Assembly (NCBI GenBank): GCA_002269645.1
Contig: NIVC01000301.1
Span: 124,001 to 188,000, forward strand
Direction of reading: 5' to 3'
DNA length: 64,000 bases
Source: Macrostomum lignano
Taxonomy: Eukaryota
This document shows, piece after piece, positions 12,890 to 26,000 of the stretch (position 1 is its first letter; each line of letters opens with the position of its first letter). A program made the translations under genes and the position numbers. Below the pieces are notes generated by a model. That model was not told where the DNA came from, did no database searches, and saw only the letters and a list, made by a program, of their open reading frames with translations.

Positions 12890-13144
12890 GCGAGCAACGG
12901 GCTGGTGGTCCTTTGTTCGTTGCTTCCTGACTCAAGTTGATTGGCCTGTTTTTCTGCTTGCTTGTTCGCCACAGTTTTAACTTTTATTATTTTGTCAATC
13001 AACTGCTGCTAGCGGAGGCTTAGAAAGATATTTTAAAAGAAGTTTCCAACCCAGTAACTCAAACTTTATCGACTCGACTCGATTCGAGGTTTTCCCGAGG
13101 TCTGCTCGAATCTTTGCAGTGATTTTTGAGCGGTGCTTTAGGTC

Positions 13145-13455
13145 GTGGTGGTTTATGAGCCATTCTAGGGGTGGTTTATGGGCCATTCTTGGGGTGGTTT
13201 ATGGGCCATTCTTGGGGTGGTTTATGGGCCATTCTTGGGGTGGTTTATGGGCCATTCTTGGGGTGGTTTATGGGCCATTCTTGGGGTGGTTTATGGGCCA
13301 TTCTTGGGGTGGTTTATGGGCCATTCTTGGGGTGGTTTATGGGCCATTCTTGGGGTGGTTTATGGGCCATTCTTGGGGTGGTTTATGGGCCATTCTTGGG
13401 GTGGTTTATGGGCCATTCTTGGGGTGGTTTATGGGCCATTCTTGGGGTGGTTTAC
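13145..13455. repeat. 23-bp minisatellite (ggggtggtttatgggccattctt) downstream of RAD51
   Basis: About 13 near-perfect tandem units. Confidence 0.95.
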
Positions 13456-13929
13456 CATACCGCGATCAATAAATAGACTTGTCAAACATAACTCGGTTGT
13501 TCCCTCCCCATTTAATTAGCCAATCAAAATGCTGCATTTGTAACAGTAGTATGTTAAGCTCTTTATTCTAGTTTGAGATTTGTTCTCTACAATTTTGGCC
13601 TGTTGCCGGCATTTTTATATACATTTATATGCGTAACTATAGTATCATTGTTATGAGAAAGCATTTTGTTCCTTGCGTTCGCGTTCCTCGTACTTTATCC
13701 AGTTCTGCTGCGCTCAATTTTATTAATTCATAATGTTACACCTGAAGAGAGCCTTAGTCTGTCTGCTCCTGGAGACTTTCTGGCTTTGCGTTAGAATTCA
13801 ACAACTGGCTCAAGTTAGTATAGCGCTTTTTAAAAAATAAACGTATTTTTCGTCAGAGCGGCCCATTAATGTCTTTGTTTTTTCGACAGTAGGATGCTGG
13901 AAATTGGATTTCTATAGGGAATCCTTTTT

Positions 13930-14070
13930 TCTCTGTCTGAGTCTGCCTATTCTGTCTGTTTATCTGCCTGTCTGTCCGTCTGTCTGTCCGTCTGTCTCTC
14001 TGTCTGTCTGTCTGTCTCTGTCTGTCTGCCTGTCTGTCCGTCTGTCCGTCTGTCTCTCTGTCTGTCTGTC

Positions 14071-14101
<31 letters not shown>

Positions 14102-14405
14102 GCCTGTCTCTGTCTGTCTGTCTCTCTGTCTGTCTGCCTGTCTGTCTGTCTGTCTGTCTGTCTCAATCTGTGTCTGTCTGTCTGTCTGTCCGTCAGTCAG
14201 TCTGTATTAGTGTTGTCTGTCTGTCTGTCTTAGTGTCTCTCTGTCTGTCTGTCTGTCTGTCTTAGTGTCTGTCTGTCTGTCTATCTGTCTGTCTGCCTGC
14301 CTGTCTGTTAGTCAGTCTGTCTGTCTTAGTGTCTGTCTGTCTGTCTGTCTGTCTATCTAAATCTGCCTTTCTGTCTGCTTGTCTTAATCTTTCTTAGTGT
14401 CAGAT
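13930..14405. repeat. (CTGT)n microsatellite upstream of HELLS
   Basis: Direct observation. Confidence 0.95.
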
Positions 14406-14580
14406 GGGCGGACAGACTGACGGACGCCCTTAGTTTCTTTTGTTTTAGTTCTGAGATCTGACAAAAGATTACCACTGGTTTCGGCGTGTAAACTGGCTGT
14501 ATTAGTATTGTGTCAATAAGCAGTATTTTGCATTTGTTTTGCAAAAAATATCTAAATTTGATGCTTCAGCCAGATCTGTA

Positions 14581-17500
14581 ATGCCAGCCACTGCCGAAAT
14601 CAGCATCCCGGATGAAGCTGCTGCCAACAGTAGTTGCGCAGAGAACATCGTTAATGATGGCGCCACAGTGCTGCGCGAACTCGGTACAGAGAATAATAGT
14701 AGTAATACTAATAATGATAGTAATGCTATAAAATCTGACGGCAGCAACCCCAGCAAGACGCCGTCGCAGGCGTCCGTTGAACCGAGCAGCGGTATGGCGG
14801 AGGAGCTCGCCGCAGGCCGCGAGATTCTCAAAGACGAGATGCGGGTGCGGGCGGAGCACCAGACTACCGTGAATCAGCTGATGGAGCGCCAGGCTGAGAA
14901 GCAGCGCCGCTACGACCAGCTGGTGGAGGTGCTGAAGAAGAGCTCGGTGTACGCCAAACTGATTGTGGACCGCATCGAGGAGGAGAAGAAAAACTTCAAT
15001 AAGCGCCTGGCTAGGGCTGAGCGACAGCAGAGCGAGACCGCCGCCGCTCAGCCGGATGTTGCCGAACCTGCGGAGGCTCCGTCGCCTCCACCGCCGCCGT
15101 CTCCTCCACGGATTCGTCGCAGTCAGCGAATCAGCAACGCGGCGTCAGCGTCGGCAACGGCGTCGACCTCAGTCTCCAAGAAGCGATCCCGGCCGACTGA
15201 CGACGACGATTCATTTACTTCGGCGGCGTCGGCGGCAACAACAGCGCAGAAACCGACCAAGCGACGCCGTGCGGCCGACAATCCCGCCAAACCAAAAACG
15301 GAGCCCCAACCGGTAGCAGAACCGGAAGTGCAACCGGAAACCCAGGAGCCTGGCCGGCTGGACCTGTTCACCGGGCAGCTGCGCGACTACCAGCTCGAAG
15401 GCTTCAACTGGCTCCGGCGGATGTACGAGAACGGCATCAACGGCATACTGGGCGACGAGATGGGCCTCGGCAAGACCGTGCAGTGCATCGCCTTCATCGC
15501 CCACCTGGTCCGCATGGGCGTCACCGGCCCGTTCTGCGTGGTCGGTCCGCTGTCCACCCTGTGCAACTGGCGGGCCGAGTTCGCCAGGTTCGCTCCCGCA
15601 GTGCCGGTGGTTCTCTACCACGGCAACAAGGACCGGTGTGCCCTGCTGCGCAACGAGATGCGCAACCCGCTGCCCGTGGCCGGCTGCAACACCAGCTGCA
15701 AACCGGTGGTCATCACCTCCTACGAGATGGCCATCCGGGACAGATCCGTTTTCCAGCGCTACGAATGGAAGCTGCTAATTGTTGATGAAGGACATCGGGT
15801 GAAGAATTTCCAGTGCCGGCTGGCTCGCGAGCTGCGCATGTACCACTGCACTCACCGGCTGATCCTTACTGGTGAGGGCGGGACGGGATCATCTGTACAT
15901 GCATTTCTAGTGAAGCCAAGGACTACAAGTGAACCCAACCATTATTCACATTTACGCTCGTATGGTCGATTTTGGACTTGCTGGATAAATAATAATTTTC
16001 GAATCCTGTACTCAACCATGTTTGATAATCACAGTTAATAGCCAAACTGTGAATCCACTGCAGATTCGGGTTCTTCTCATATAAGCTAGCTAGTTTCCAG
16101 GGGCACTATCGCTAATGTCGCATATTAGAGTGAAAGTTCCGTTATCTCTGTTGTATATTTTATGAGCCACCCTAATGCCCGCTCAACTGACCCCTGAGCA
16201 TGCTGTCGTACGGATGAGTTGTGCACTCCGTGTCCCGGGGGAGGCCCTCACGGGCGTAATAAAACGCCTATTTTTGTGCTTCGGTCCGAGACGCAGCTGT
16301 GTTACCGCTGAGATACCCTGCTCCCTTCTACTCATTAAGTTTTCCACCTGATCTTCGCTCCCCCTTCACCGCCCGTCAGGCACCCCGATCCAGAACAACC
16401 TGACCGAGCTTTGGTCCCTGCTCAACTTCCTCCTGCCGGAGATATTCGAGAAGCTCGGCACCTTCGAGGCCTGGTTCGACGCCGGCGTACTGCAGGACGC
16501 CGAGGCGAAGCGCCGCCTGCTCGAGCAGGAGAAGGAGCAGCAGGTCCTGTCGGCCATGCAGCAGATCCTGCTGCCCTTCATGCTGCGCCGCTGCAAAGCA
16601 GACGTGGATCTGGAGGTGCCGCCGAAGCGAGAGCAGCTGCTGTACGCCCCCATGGCGCCGGAGCAGCTGGCGCTCTACCGCATGGCTGTCGACCGGACCA
16701 TCGAGAAGCTGCTTGACGGCGACAACAGAGGCAGCGGCATGTCGGCGGCCAGTCTCGAAGTGACCGGGCCTCGGCAGGCGAAGGTGCGCGCCGATCGGAT
16801 CTCCCGCCAGATGGCGCTGTCGGACGAGACCAACTCCAGCCGGCGTCAAGGCGAAGCTGACGACGACGACGATGAGGACGACGCCGATGTTGGAGACGAG
16901 AACGACGAAGGCGGCCGGGCCAAGGCCGGCGTGTCGTCAGCTGCCGTGTCCGCTGACGCCCTGCTCACGGTTGCCGATCTCGACGTTGCCTTGGGCGGCG
17001 GCGGTGGCGGCAACGTCGAGTCCGCCGAGCTGCACATCAACCTGCGCAACCCGATGGCCCTGCTGAAGCGGATCTGCAACCACCCTTATCTGGTGCGCTA
17101 CCCGCTCACCCCGGACGGCCAGTACCGGGTGGACGAACAGCTGGTCAGCGTTAGCGGCAAGTTCCGCCTGCTGGACCGGCTGCTGCCAGAGTTGCAGCGC
17201 CAGGGCCGGAAGGTGCTGATCTTTAGTCAGTGGGTCTGCATTCTGGACCTGCTGCAGGTTGGTTCCGCGATTGAAATGCTGTTGTGCATACCGCGGTCTT
17301 CAGGTCGCATAAAATTTGCCCAAACATATGAGTATCTATCCAATACATACGAGTATATGCTCAGTCTGAGCTGCCAGTCTCCCGTATGCTCAGCCTCTCA
17401 TGCTTTAGCCTCCTATATCCTCAGCCTCCCATGCTTAGCCTCCTATATCCTCAGCCTCTCATGCTTAGCCTCCTATATACTCAGCCTCTCATGCTTAGCC

Positions 17501-19598
17501 TCCTATATACTCAGCCTCTCATGCTTTAGCCTCCTATATCCTCAGCCTCTCATGCTTAGCCTCCTATATACTCAGCCTCTCATGCTTAGCCTCCTATATA
17601 CTCAGCCTCTCATGCTTAGCCTCCTATATACTCAGCCCCTCATGCTTAGTCTCCGGTATGCTCAGCCTCTCATTCTTAGCCTCCTATATACTCAGCCTCT
17701 CATGCTTAGCCTCCTATATACTCAGCCCCTCATGCTTAGCCTCCTATATACTCAGCCCCTCATGCTTAGTCTCCGGTATGCTCAGCCTCTCATGCTTAGT
17801 CTCCGGTATGCTCAGCCTCTCATGCTTAGCCTCTCGTATGCTCAGCCTCTCATGCTTAGTCTCCGGTATGCTCAGCCTCTCATGCTTAGTCTCCGGTATG
17901 CTCAGCCTCTCATGCTTAGCCTCCTATATACTCAGCCTCTCATGCTTAGCCTCCTATATACTCAGCCTCTCATGCTTTAGCCTCCTATATACTCAGCCTC
18001 TCATGCTTAGCTTCTATATACTCAGCCTCTCATTCTTAGTCTCCTATATACTCAGCCTCTCATGCTTAGCTTCTATATACTCAGCCTCTCATTCTTAGTC
18101 TCCTATATACTCAGCCTCTCATGCTTAGCTTCTATATACTCAGCCTCTCATTCTTAGTCTCCTATATACTCAGCCTCTCATGCTTAGCTTCTATATACTC
18201 AGCCTCTCATTCTTAGTCTCCTATATGCTCAGGCTCTCATGCTTAGCCTCTCGTATGCTCAGCCTCTCATGCCTGTCTCTGGTATGCTCAGCCTCCCGTA
18301 TGCTAAACAAGTCGTTTTCAACCCCTAAAAACAACTGTCCGACCCCGGCGCCACCCGCAGGACTACTGCCACCTGCGCGAATACAAATTCTCCCGTCTGG
18401 ACGGCGGCATGTCGCTGGAGGATCGGGACAGCGAGATCTCCCGATTCTACACTGAGGCCGACAATCGCATCTTTTTGGTCACGACCCGGGCCGGCGGCCT
18501 GGGCCTGAACTTGACACCAGCTGACACTGTCATAATCTTCGACTCCGACTGGAATCCGCAGGTGAATCTTCTTGTGACAGGTCTAGACTGTTCATAACAG
18601 CGTCACAGGAGCCGCCTCAACACACTGGCCGCTCTGTTGACAGAATCCGGGGGGGGGGGTGCGTTAGCAATAGCAGGCCCTGTCCTGCAGTACCGACTAA
18701 GCGCGGATGATGGAGCCTGTCAGCTGGAGTCGCCGTTAAGACCAGAGGGTGTCTTTCTACAGCACCGAAAAGCAGAAAAAAATTGATTTCGCCTGCCCCA
18801 ATTGGGCCAGATGTGCAACCGACAGCCCAGCCGCAGCTATTGCGGGCGCATCTGAAGGCTGCGTACGGCTGTTCAGTCCAAGGACTGATCTGGTAGAGAG
18901 GGCGTCGCCACACACCCTCAATTACCCCAGCTAATGCTGGAACCCATTTTACAGCTGGGTGAACTGAATCAATGCAGAGTCAAGTGTCTTGCTCAAGGGC
19001 AGAAATTGTTCCCGAGTGGAATCGGGAATCGAACCCCCGACCTTCAAGTCGTAAGTCCGAAGCTCTGACCACTGGGCTACAAACCCCTCCAGGGCTTGTC
19101 GACCCACGAGAAGAAAAAGACGGTATATCTACCTGCACAAGTACCTTTATACAGGTATCTTTCATATACAATACCCTGACCCCGGCTCCGCAGGCGGACC
19201 TGCAGGCGCAGGACCGGTGCCACCGCATCGGCCAGTCGCAGCCGGTGCTGGTGTTCCGCCTGGTTACTGCGGACTCCATCGACGAGCGGGTGGTGAGCCG
19301 CGCCGACGCTAAGCGCACCCTGGAGCGGATGATCATATCCAGGTCGCGATTTCGCAAATCGCTGACCAGAGATGCGCTGGAGCAGGCCAAGCGGCTTGAC
19401 CGTCGCGAGCTGGAGGATCTCCTGCTGACGGAGGCGAAGCCGACAACTGCTGCTGCTGCGGCGGCGGCGGACTCAGCGGAGGTGCTGCCAGATGCTGAGC
19501 TGGCCAAGCTGCTGGACCGGTCCGACCTGATGGCCGACTGGGAGCGGCTGCGGGCTGAGCGGCGGGCTAAAGAGGCCGCCGCTGATTCATCACAGTAG
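14581..19598 (+). CDS. HELLS: HELLS/LSH/DDM1 SNF2-family chromatin remodeller, 4 exons: 14581-15871, 16380-17257, 18361-18561, 19194-19598
   Basis: SNF2 motifs [30 protein letters not shown]|[29 protein letters not shown] and SDWNPQ|[14 protein letters not shown]. The N-terminal [19 protein letters not shown] segment resembles the HELLS N-terminal helix. First in-frame ATG is 14581 (the track start at 14539 is TTG). Confidence 0.88.
17385..18300. repeat. 30-bp minisatellite (ctcagcctctcatgcttagcctcctatata) in HELLS intron 2
   Basis: About 30 units. It explains the false [10 protein letters not shown] tail of ORF 16556-17980. Confidence 0.95.
18620..19090 (-). mobile_element. tRNA-derived CORE-type SINE in HELLS intron 3
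   Basis: Minus strand has an A-box (gtagcccagtgg) and B-box (ggttcgattccc), followed by ccttgagcaagacacttga...cagttcacccagctgtaaaatgggt, which resembles the MIR/CORE-SINE core. A second copy is at 26878-27075. Confidence 0.75.
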
Positions 19599-19729
19599 CC
19601 AGCGTTAAATTTGGCATGTTGAATTTGTGACTGAATTGAATTCATTCACATTTTACACTTTATAGCATTTTTATTGCAGTCTCCACTAGTGTTATTTTTT
19701 ATTTCTATAATGCATTGCGCACCCCACCT

Positions 19730-19901
19730 AATGGAACAGAGCGCGCGCTCGAGGGACACCATAAAACTCCTACACGCTATTTGCACGTTACCCAGGACGT
19801 TAATTGCACGAGCAGACCAAAGTTAATGTGACTGCACTTGGACTCGAACCTGGGCTGCTGGTACATGAGAGCACCGCGCTAGACTACTAGGCTACGGCTC
19901 C
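19730..19901 (-). mobile_element. tRNA-derived SINE fragment (second family)
   Basis: Minus strand ggagccgtagcctagtagtctagcgc... with B-box ggttcgagtcc. No complete cloverleaf. Confidence 0.55.
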
Positions 19902-19936
19902 CTTCCTACCTACTCGTCTTAGGTAGATAGTTAGAT

Positions 19937-20527
19937 ACTATAGCATTTTCCAAGCCTATTGAGCCTAGGAGCGGGCAATTTGGTCCTTATTGGGAGAATC
20001 AAGCTATTGAAGACTTTTCATTGTCTATGGCCCGAAAGGGGGTCTATGGAGCAACCAATTTGAGAATCTGGGCGCGCAATGAATCCTTTTCACAGTGCTC
20101 GAATATCCTTCACGAATAACTTCACTGAAAAACGTCTGCAAATAGATGGCATATCAAAAAACGATTGACATAAACACTTTGATTTCAGAGAAACCAATCA
20201 AAACAGGCGATAGGGTTCTCGCCCTGCAGGATTCTGCTCATCCACTGCTGCATCTTGGGCTGTAGCAGAACTTCATCACTGCTCTGCTCGCTAAATTCTT
20301 CGTCTGCCATATCTATGTTTGTCTAATGAAATCTGTTATTTTCTATGGTCTAAAGCTTGCACAACTGTGAAAAGGATTAATAGCGCGCCCAGATTCTCAA
20401 ATTGGTTGCTCCATAGACCCCCTTTTGGGCCATGGACAATGAAAGACAAGTCTTCAATAGGTTGATTCTCCCAATAAGGATTGGATTGCTTGCTCCTAGG
20501 CTCAATTGGGTTGGAAAATGCTATAGT
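19937..20527. mobile_element. MITE with about 140-bp terminal inverted repeats
   Basis: actatagcattttccaa...gagaatctgggcgcgc (19937-20078) is the reverse complement of 20385-20527 with few mismatches. No ORF inside. Confidence 0.85.
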
Positions 20528-21282
20528 TGCTGAAAGCGACTATGTCAGTCAGATGCTTTCGAGTGCTCACTCATTCTTGAGAGCAGAGAAGCTGTAGTCT
20601 ATGGTCTTAACTCTTAACCCCGGGTTTTTGCTTCTATGGCCACAACTAACGCAGTTAAATGAGTGGCCCTACACCAACAAAGGCTCTCTCTGGCCAAACC
20701 TCCCTAACAACTGAAGCCTAAGATAGACCTCTGCACTTTTTAATTCCCTAATGGTAAAGACAGACCTTGGAATAATCTGCACTGTACTTAAGTCGGCTTT
20801 TTTATTGGCTATTCATATTTTTGGGCTATTTTATTATTTATTTTTTGTTGTCGTCTTTTGAACGACAAAAAATAACGGCTCTCCGGTGCGCTGCTGCCGT
20901 GTGCGGCAACCATTTTTATTTCCAACCCTCAAGCTTCTACTTTAACTAGCTTTGATTGTGTCCGAGCACCGTAATTGTTTTCATTTATTCAAGCATTTAC
21001 TCGGTTAATTAGTCTTCATCTGTGGCTATGAGCTTACTGGTACAAAATATGGCAGGCTAGGGCCCTAGGGCCGAGTGTTAGGCAACCAACTTTACGATTC
21101 TGTATGCTATGCACTTAACTGAGCATAAATTAGCATTTTCCCTTTATTAATATATTAATTCTCTGTAAGCTTGAAAAATGCAAAACTACATTGTCAGTGC
21201 AACTTTTGATGTCGGGTATTTTTGCTTTATTACATTGCTGGTTACAGCTGCGGTAGTGTCCTTCTCTTCTCGATCAGAACAC

Positions 21283-23058
21283 CTCCCTACCAGATTAGAG
21301 CCCTCCCTACCAGATTAGAGCCCTCTCTACCAGAATAGAGCCCTCTCTACCAGAATAGAGCCCTCTCTACCAGAATAGAGCCCTCTCTACCAGAATAGAG
21401 CCCTCTCTACCAGAATAGAGCCCTTCCTACCAGATTAGAGCCCTCCCTACCGGATTAGAGCCCTCTCTACCAGATTAGAGCCCCCTCTACCAGATTAGAG
21501 CCCCCTCTACCAGATTAGAGCCCCCCTCTACCAGATTAGAGCCCCCCTCTACCAGATTAGAGCCCCCCTCTACCAGATTAGAGCCCCCTCTACCCCGTTG
21601 GATTTTGAGTTTTTAAAGTAGGCATGAAAGGTGAAGAGTTTTGCACCTTCTGCCTCACTTTCGCCTCTCTTATGCCTATTTTGTGCCACTTGTGCACCTT
21701 TTGTTCACCTGAGTGCCTCTGCAGGGTCAGAAGGTGAATTTAAGGCACGAACTAGGCGGTAGGGGCACAGGTGTCGTAGGGGATTTAGGTGCATTAAAGG
21801 TGCACAGTGTGCGTTGAGGCACAAAAGGTGAACAAAGTAGGAATTGGGGGCATTGGTGGAGTGAAAGGTGAAAAAGGTGCGCTGCGGTAGAGGTGCATAA
21901 AAAGTGTACAGTGTGCACTGGAGGCACGAAAGGTGAATAAAAGGTGCACAGTGGGCACTTTAAGCGTAGAGGCAATGCAAGGGGCGTTTAAGTTTCAACT
22001 GGCGAAGTTCTTTGCTACCTTTTCTTACTATTCGATTTTTTTTCTCACTAATGCAAACCTTTTCATCACTTTTCGGAACTTTTCCTGAGTATTTGGGTCA
22101 TTAAAACTTATCAGTACAGGAAATGTTTGCTTTCGTGGTTTGTCAGGATCAGGAAGGGGATAGCAGCGATTAGTATGAGTGTAAATAAATCTATGTTCAA
22201 TCTGTGCGTGCAGTGTACGAGTATGTAACTCTCAGTTAATTTTTTGTTACGAATTCTTAATGCGCTAATTCGTGCATAGGCATAAAAGGTGAACGAGGTG
22301 CACAGAAGAGGCACTTTAGGGGTCTATTTCGAGCGTGTTTTGGAAATTCACCTGTATACATATTTACGCCGCACATGTACACCTTATACACCTCTAATTC
22401 ACCTTTCGTGCACTTTCTGCGCCCCTTCAGCACCTTTCCTACACCTGCTGTGCCTCACTTGTGAGCCTGCTGTTCACCTTTTGCGCACCTCCAGTGCCCC
22501 TTACGCACCTTTACTGCCCCTACCGCCGCAACCTAATCAAAATTGAGAATTCACCTACTGCCTGACCACTTCACCGATTTTACACCTTTCATGCCTCTTT
22601 TCAAAAATATTGGTGACATTTAGGCATAAAAGGTGCACTCAGGTGCATTTCCAAAACATGCACGAAATAGGCCACTAAAGTGCCTCTTTTATGCACCTCG
22701 CTCACCTTTTATGCCTCTGCAGGTGCATAACTTTTCCAACGGGTACCAGATTAGAGCCCTCTCAACCAGATTAGAGCCCTCTCTGCCAGATTAGACCCCT
22801 CTCTGCCATATTAGAGCCTAGCCCCCTCTACCAGATTAGAGCCCCCTCTACCAGATTAGAGCCCCCTCTACCAGATTAGAGCCCTCCTCTACCAGATTAG
22901 AGCCCTCCCAACCAGATTAGAGCCCTCCCTACCGGATTAGAGCCCTCTCTACCAGAATAGAGCCCTCTCTACCAGATTAGAGCCCCCTCTACCAGAATAG
23001 AGGCCTCTCTACCAGATTAGAGCCCCCTCTACCAGAATAGAGCCCTCTCTACCAGATT
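21283..23058. repeat. 20-21-bp minisatellite (ctaccagattagagccctct) split into two blocks, 21283-21593 and 22744-23058
   Basis: The same unit lies on both sides of an inserted element. Confidence 0.93.
21594..22743. mobile_element. Non-autonomous foldback/TIR element inserted into the minisatellite
   Basis: Termini CCCGTTGGA...TCCAACGGG, flanked by TAC (or TA) on both sides. Removing it restores the unit ctctaccagattagag. Interior is built of inverted AGGTG/CACCT-rich subrepeats. Confidence 0.8.
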
Positions 23059-23079
23059 AAAGGCTGGAGAACCCTCTAC

Positions 23080-26000
23080 GTGATTAAGACTCTCGCCGCC
23101 CTCCAGCCGGAAAGCTCGCATCTCGGTGCCCCAGCCGCGGCAGCTCGAAGTCGGCCAGTCCGCCGCTCCGCTCTGCAGCAGCTGCTTGCCGACGCCAACC
23201 TTCAGTCGGCTGTCGACGGTGACACGTCAACAACCGCGCCTACAAAGCGCGCCATGCGCCGATCGGCGGCCCCAGCGGCGCCGACTGCGACGCAGCCAAC
23301 AAAGCCGACCGGAACCAGAAAGAGTCGCCGAGCGTCGGTCGCCGTCTCCGGCGCCAGCCAATCAAAAAAGCAGCAGCAGCCGCCTCCGGCAAAGAGAAAC
23401 AAAATTGTTGTCGCTAAAAAAGCCAAAGCCGCTAAAGCAGGCGATGACGATTCATCAGATGACTCCATCACCAGCAGCAGCAGCAGCAACTCTGAGCCGC
23501 CTGCCATGTCTGCGCAGAAGACGGAAGCAACAGCAGCAGAGAAACCAGATTCATCAACCAGTCTGGCTTCGATTAGTGGCGGCATCGCCGTCCGACGGAA
23601 ACTGCAGGCGGTCGCCGACCCGGACGACAACGACTTCCAGGACGCCTTGCCAGCGGCGGCGGTCGCGTCAAAGAAGGCGCGCCAGTCGAAGCCGCAGCCA
23701 TCGAGACAATCGAAGAAGAAGGTCAGCACAGCAGGGACCGATAAAGAGGCCGACGCTGCGGTGTCCAAGCCGGTTATTGATGTCGACTGGAGCCAGGCGC
23801 TGAATGCTCTCGAGGATGCCGACGACGAAGGCGAAGAAGCCGCGGGTCCATCGACATCGCGGAGGCAGCGCGGCGGCGCCTCGCCGAGAAAATCGCGTCG
23901 GAGCTGCATCCAGAAGACGGAGGTCCAGGCCAGCGATGGCGACGACGACGAAGATGATGACTGGGAAGAGGTTGCCGACGCCGAGGACGGCGGCGGAAGC
24001 GGCGGCGGGGCGATCGAAGTGCTGGTCGGGGCTCCGGCCAGGAAGGACGCCGCTGAGCAGGCCCGGCGCCGGCACGAGCGCCTGCTGGTGGAGAACCTGC
24101 ACAAGGTCCACTTCCTGGTGCTGCTGGCCCGCTGCCAGCTGGCCAGTCGGCTCGCCAACGACCAGCAGCTGCGCGCCGTCTGCCTGTCCCGCATGCCGGC
24201 CGACCTGTGCGACGCCCTGGCGGCCGGGCCGGCGCTGGAGGATCTGCGCCAGTTTGCCGCCTGGTTCGCCAGTGCCTACCCGGCTGCTGAGGACGGCGAC
24301 GTGCCACGGATCCTGCGGCCGTCCCTCACTGTCGATGCCGCCGTCCGCTGCGCCGTTGACAGCCACGTCGGCGCCAGCGCAGCGGATCTACGAGCCCTTT
24401 TGGCCGTCTGCCATCTGCGCGCCTGCGGCGTCCGTCGCTGTCGTTTTGTGTCCGCCCTGCGGGTGCTGCCGATCCGCCTGACCAAGGCTGCCATGGCACA
24501 GCGGGAGAAAGAGGCCCAGGAAACCCAGCAGGAGTCGGTGGCTGACGCCCCCGAGGAAGACAAAGCCGCCGACGACCCAGACTTTGGCTCAGAGGCTGGA
24601 GATTTTGTCGATAAGAAAAGAAGCAAAGATAAAAATAAGAAACCGGCAACAAAAACACCGGCCAAAAAGCAGCAGACCGGCAAGACCAAGAAGACCGAAG
24701 CGCCAAAGCCGCCGGCCGCTCCGTCCACTAGTGGACTCCGCAGATCCGGGCGCGCCAAGAGTGCGCCTCTGAAGCCGCCGCCCCCGTCCACCGATTCTGC
24801 GTCGGGCGATTCCTCCGCCGAAGATGTCAAGCCGGCAAAGCAGCAGCCGCAGAAGCAGAAACCAATGCAGAATAAGCAGCGGCAGTCGGTAGTGAAAGCG
24901 GCGACCTCTGCTAAAAAAGCTCGCAAGACAACCGCCGGCCCCGCGGCCGCTGAGTTCTGGTGTGAAGTGTTCGTTCCGGCCCCCGAGGACCGCTGGGTTC
25001 CCCTGGAATTCAACGGTGCTGCCTATTCTATTGACAACGCCGAGGCCATCGGAGCTCGGATTGCCAAACCCATCACCTACGTGATGTCGGTGGACGCTGA
25101 AGGCGGCGTCCGTGAGGTCACTGCGCGCTACGACCTCAACTGGTGAGACTGGCTGCTTCTTGTCGAGCTTGAAAAATCTGAGTCTGCTTGTAGTATCTCA
25201 CCTCACTCCCGGATCATTGACCTCACTCCCACATCAGTGACCTCACTCCCAGATCAGTGACCTCACTCCCAGATCAGTGACCTCACTCCCGGATCAGTGA
25301 CCTCACTCCCGGATCATTGACCTCACTCCCAGATCAGTGACCTCACTCCCACATCAGTGACCTCACTCCCACATGGTGACCTCACTCCCACATCAGTGAC
25401 CTCACTCCCACATCAGATACCTCACTCCCACATGGTGACCTCACTCCCACATCAGTGACCTGACTCCCACATCAGTGACCTCACTCCCACATCAGTGACC
25501 TCACTCCCACATCAGAGACCTCACTTCCACATGGTGACCTCACTCCCACATCAGTGACCTCACTCCCACATCAGAGTCCTCACTCCCACATGGTGACCTC
25601 ACTCCCGGATCAGTGACCTCACTCCCACATCAGTGACCTCACTCCCACATCAGAGACCTCACTCCCACATGGTGACCTCACTCCCACATCAGAGACCTCA
25701 CTTCCACATGGTGACCTCACTCCCACATCAGAGACCTCACTTCCACATGGTGACCTCACTCCCACATCAGTGACCTCACTCCCACATGGTGACCTCACTC
25801 CCACATCGGTGACCTCACTCCCACATAGTGACCTCATTACCACATCAGAGACCTCACTCCTGCATCAGTGACCTCACTCCCACATCAGAGACCTCACTCC
25901 TGCATTAGTAACCTCACTCCCAGCTCAGTACTAATTTCAGTCCTAACTTAAAAGTACACAAGCCTCATATCCAACAAACCCATAATCCTGCCAGGTGCAC

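Noticed and set aside
18990-19090. tRNA gene candidates (also 19830-19901)
   Set aside because: A and B boxes are present but there is no full cloverleaf, and they run into SINE body sequence.
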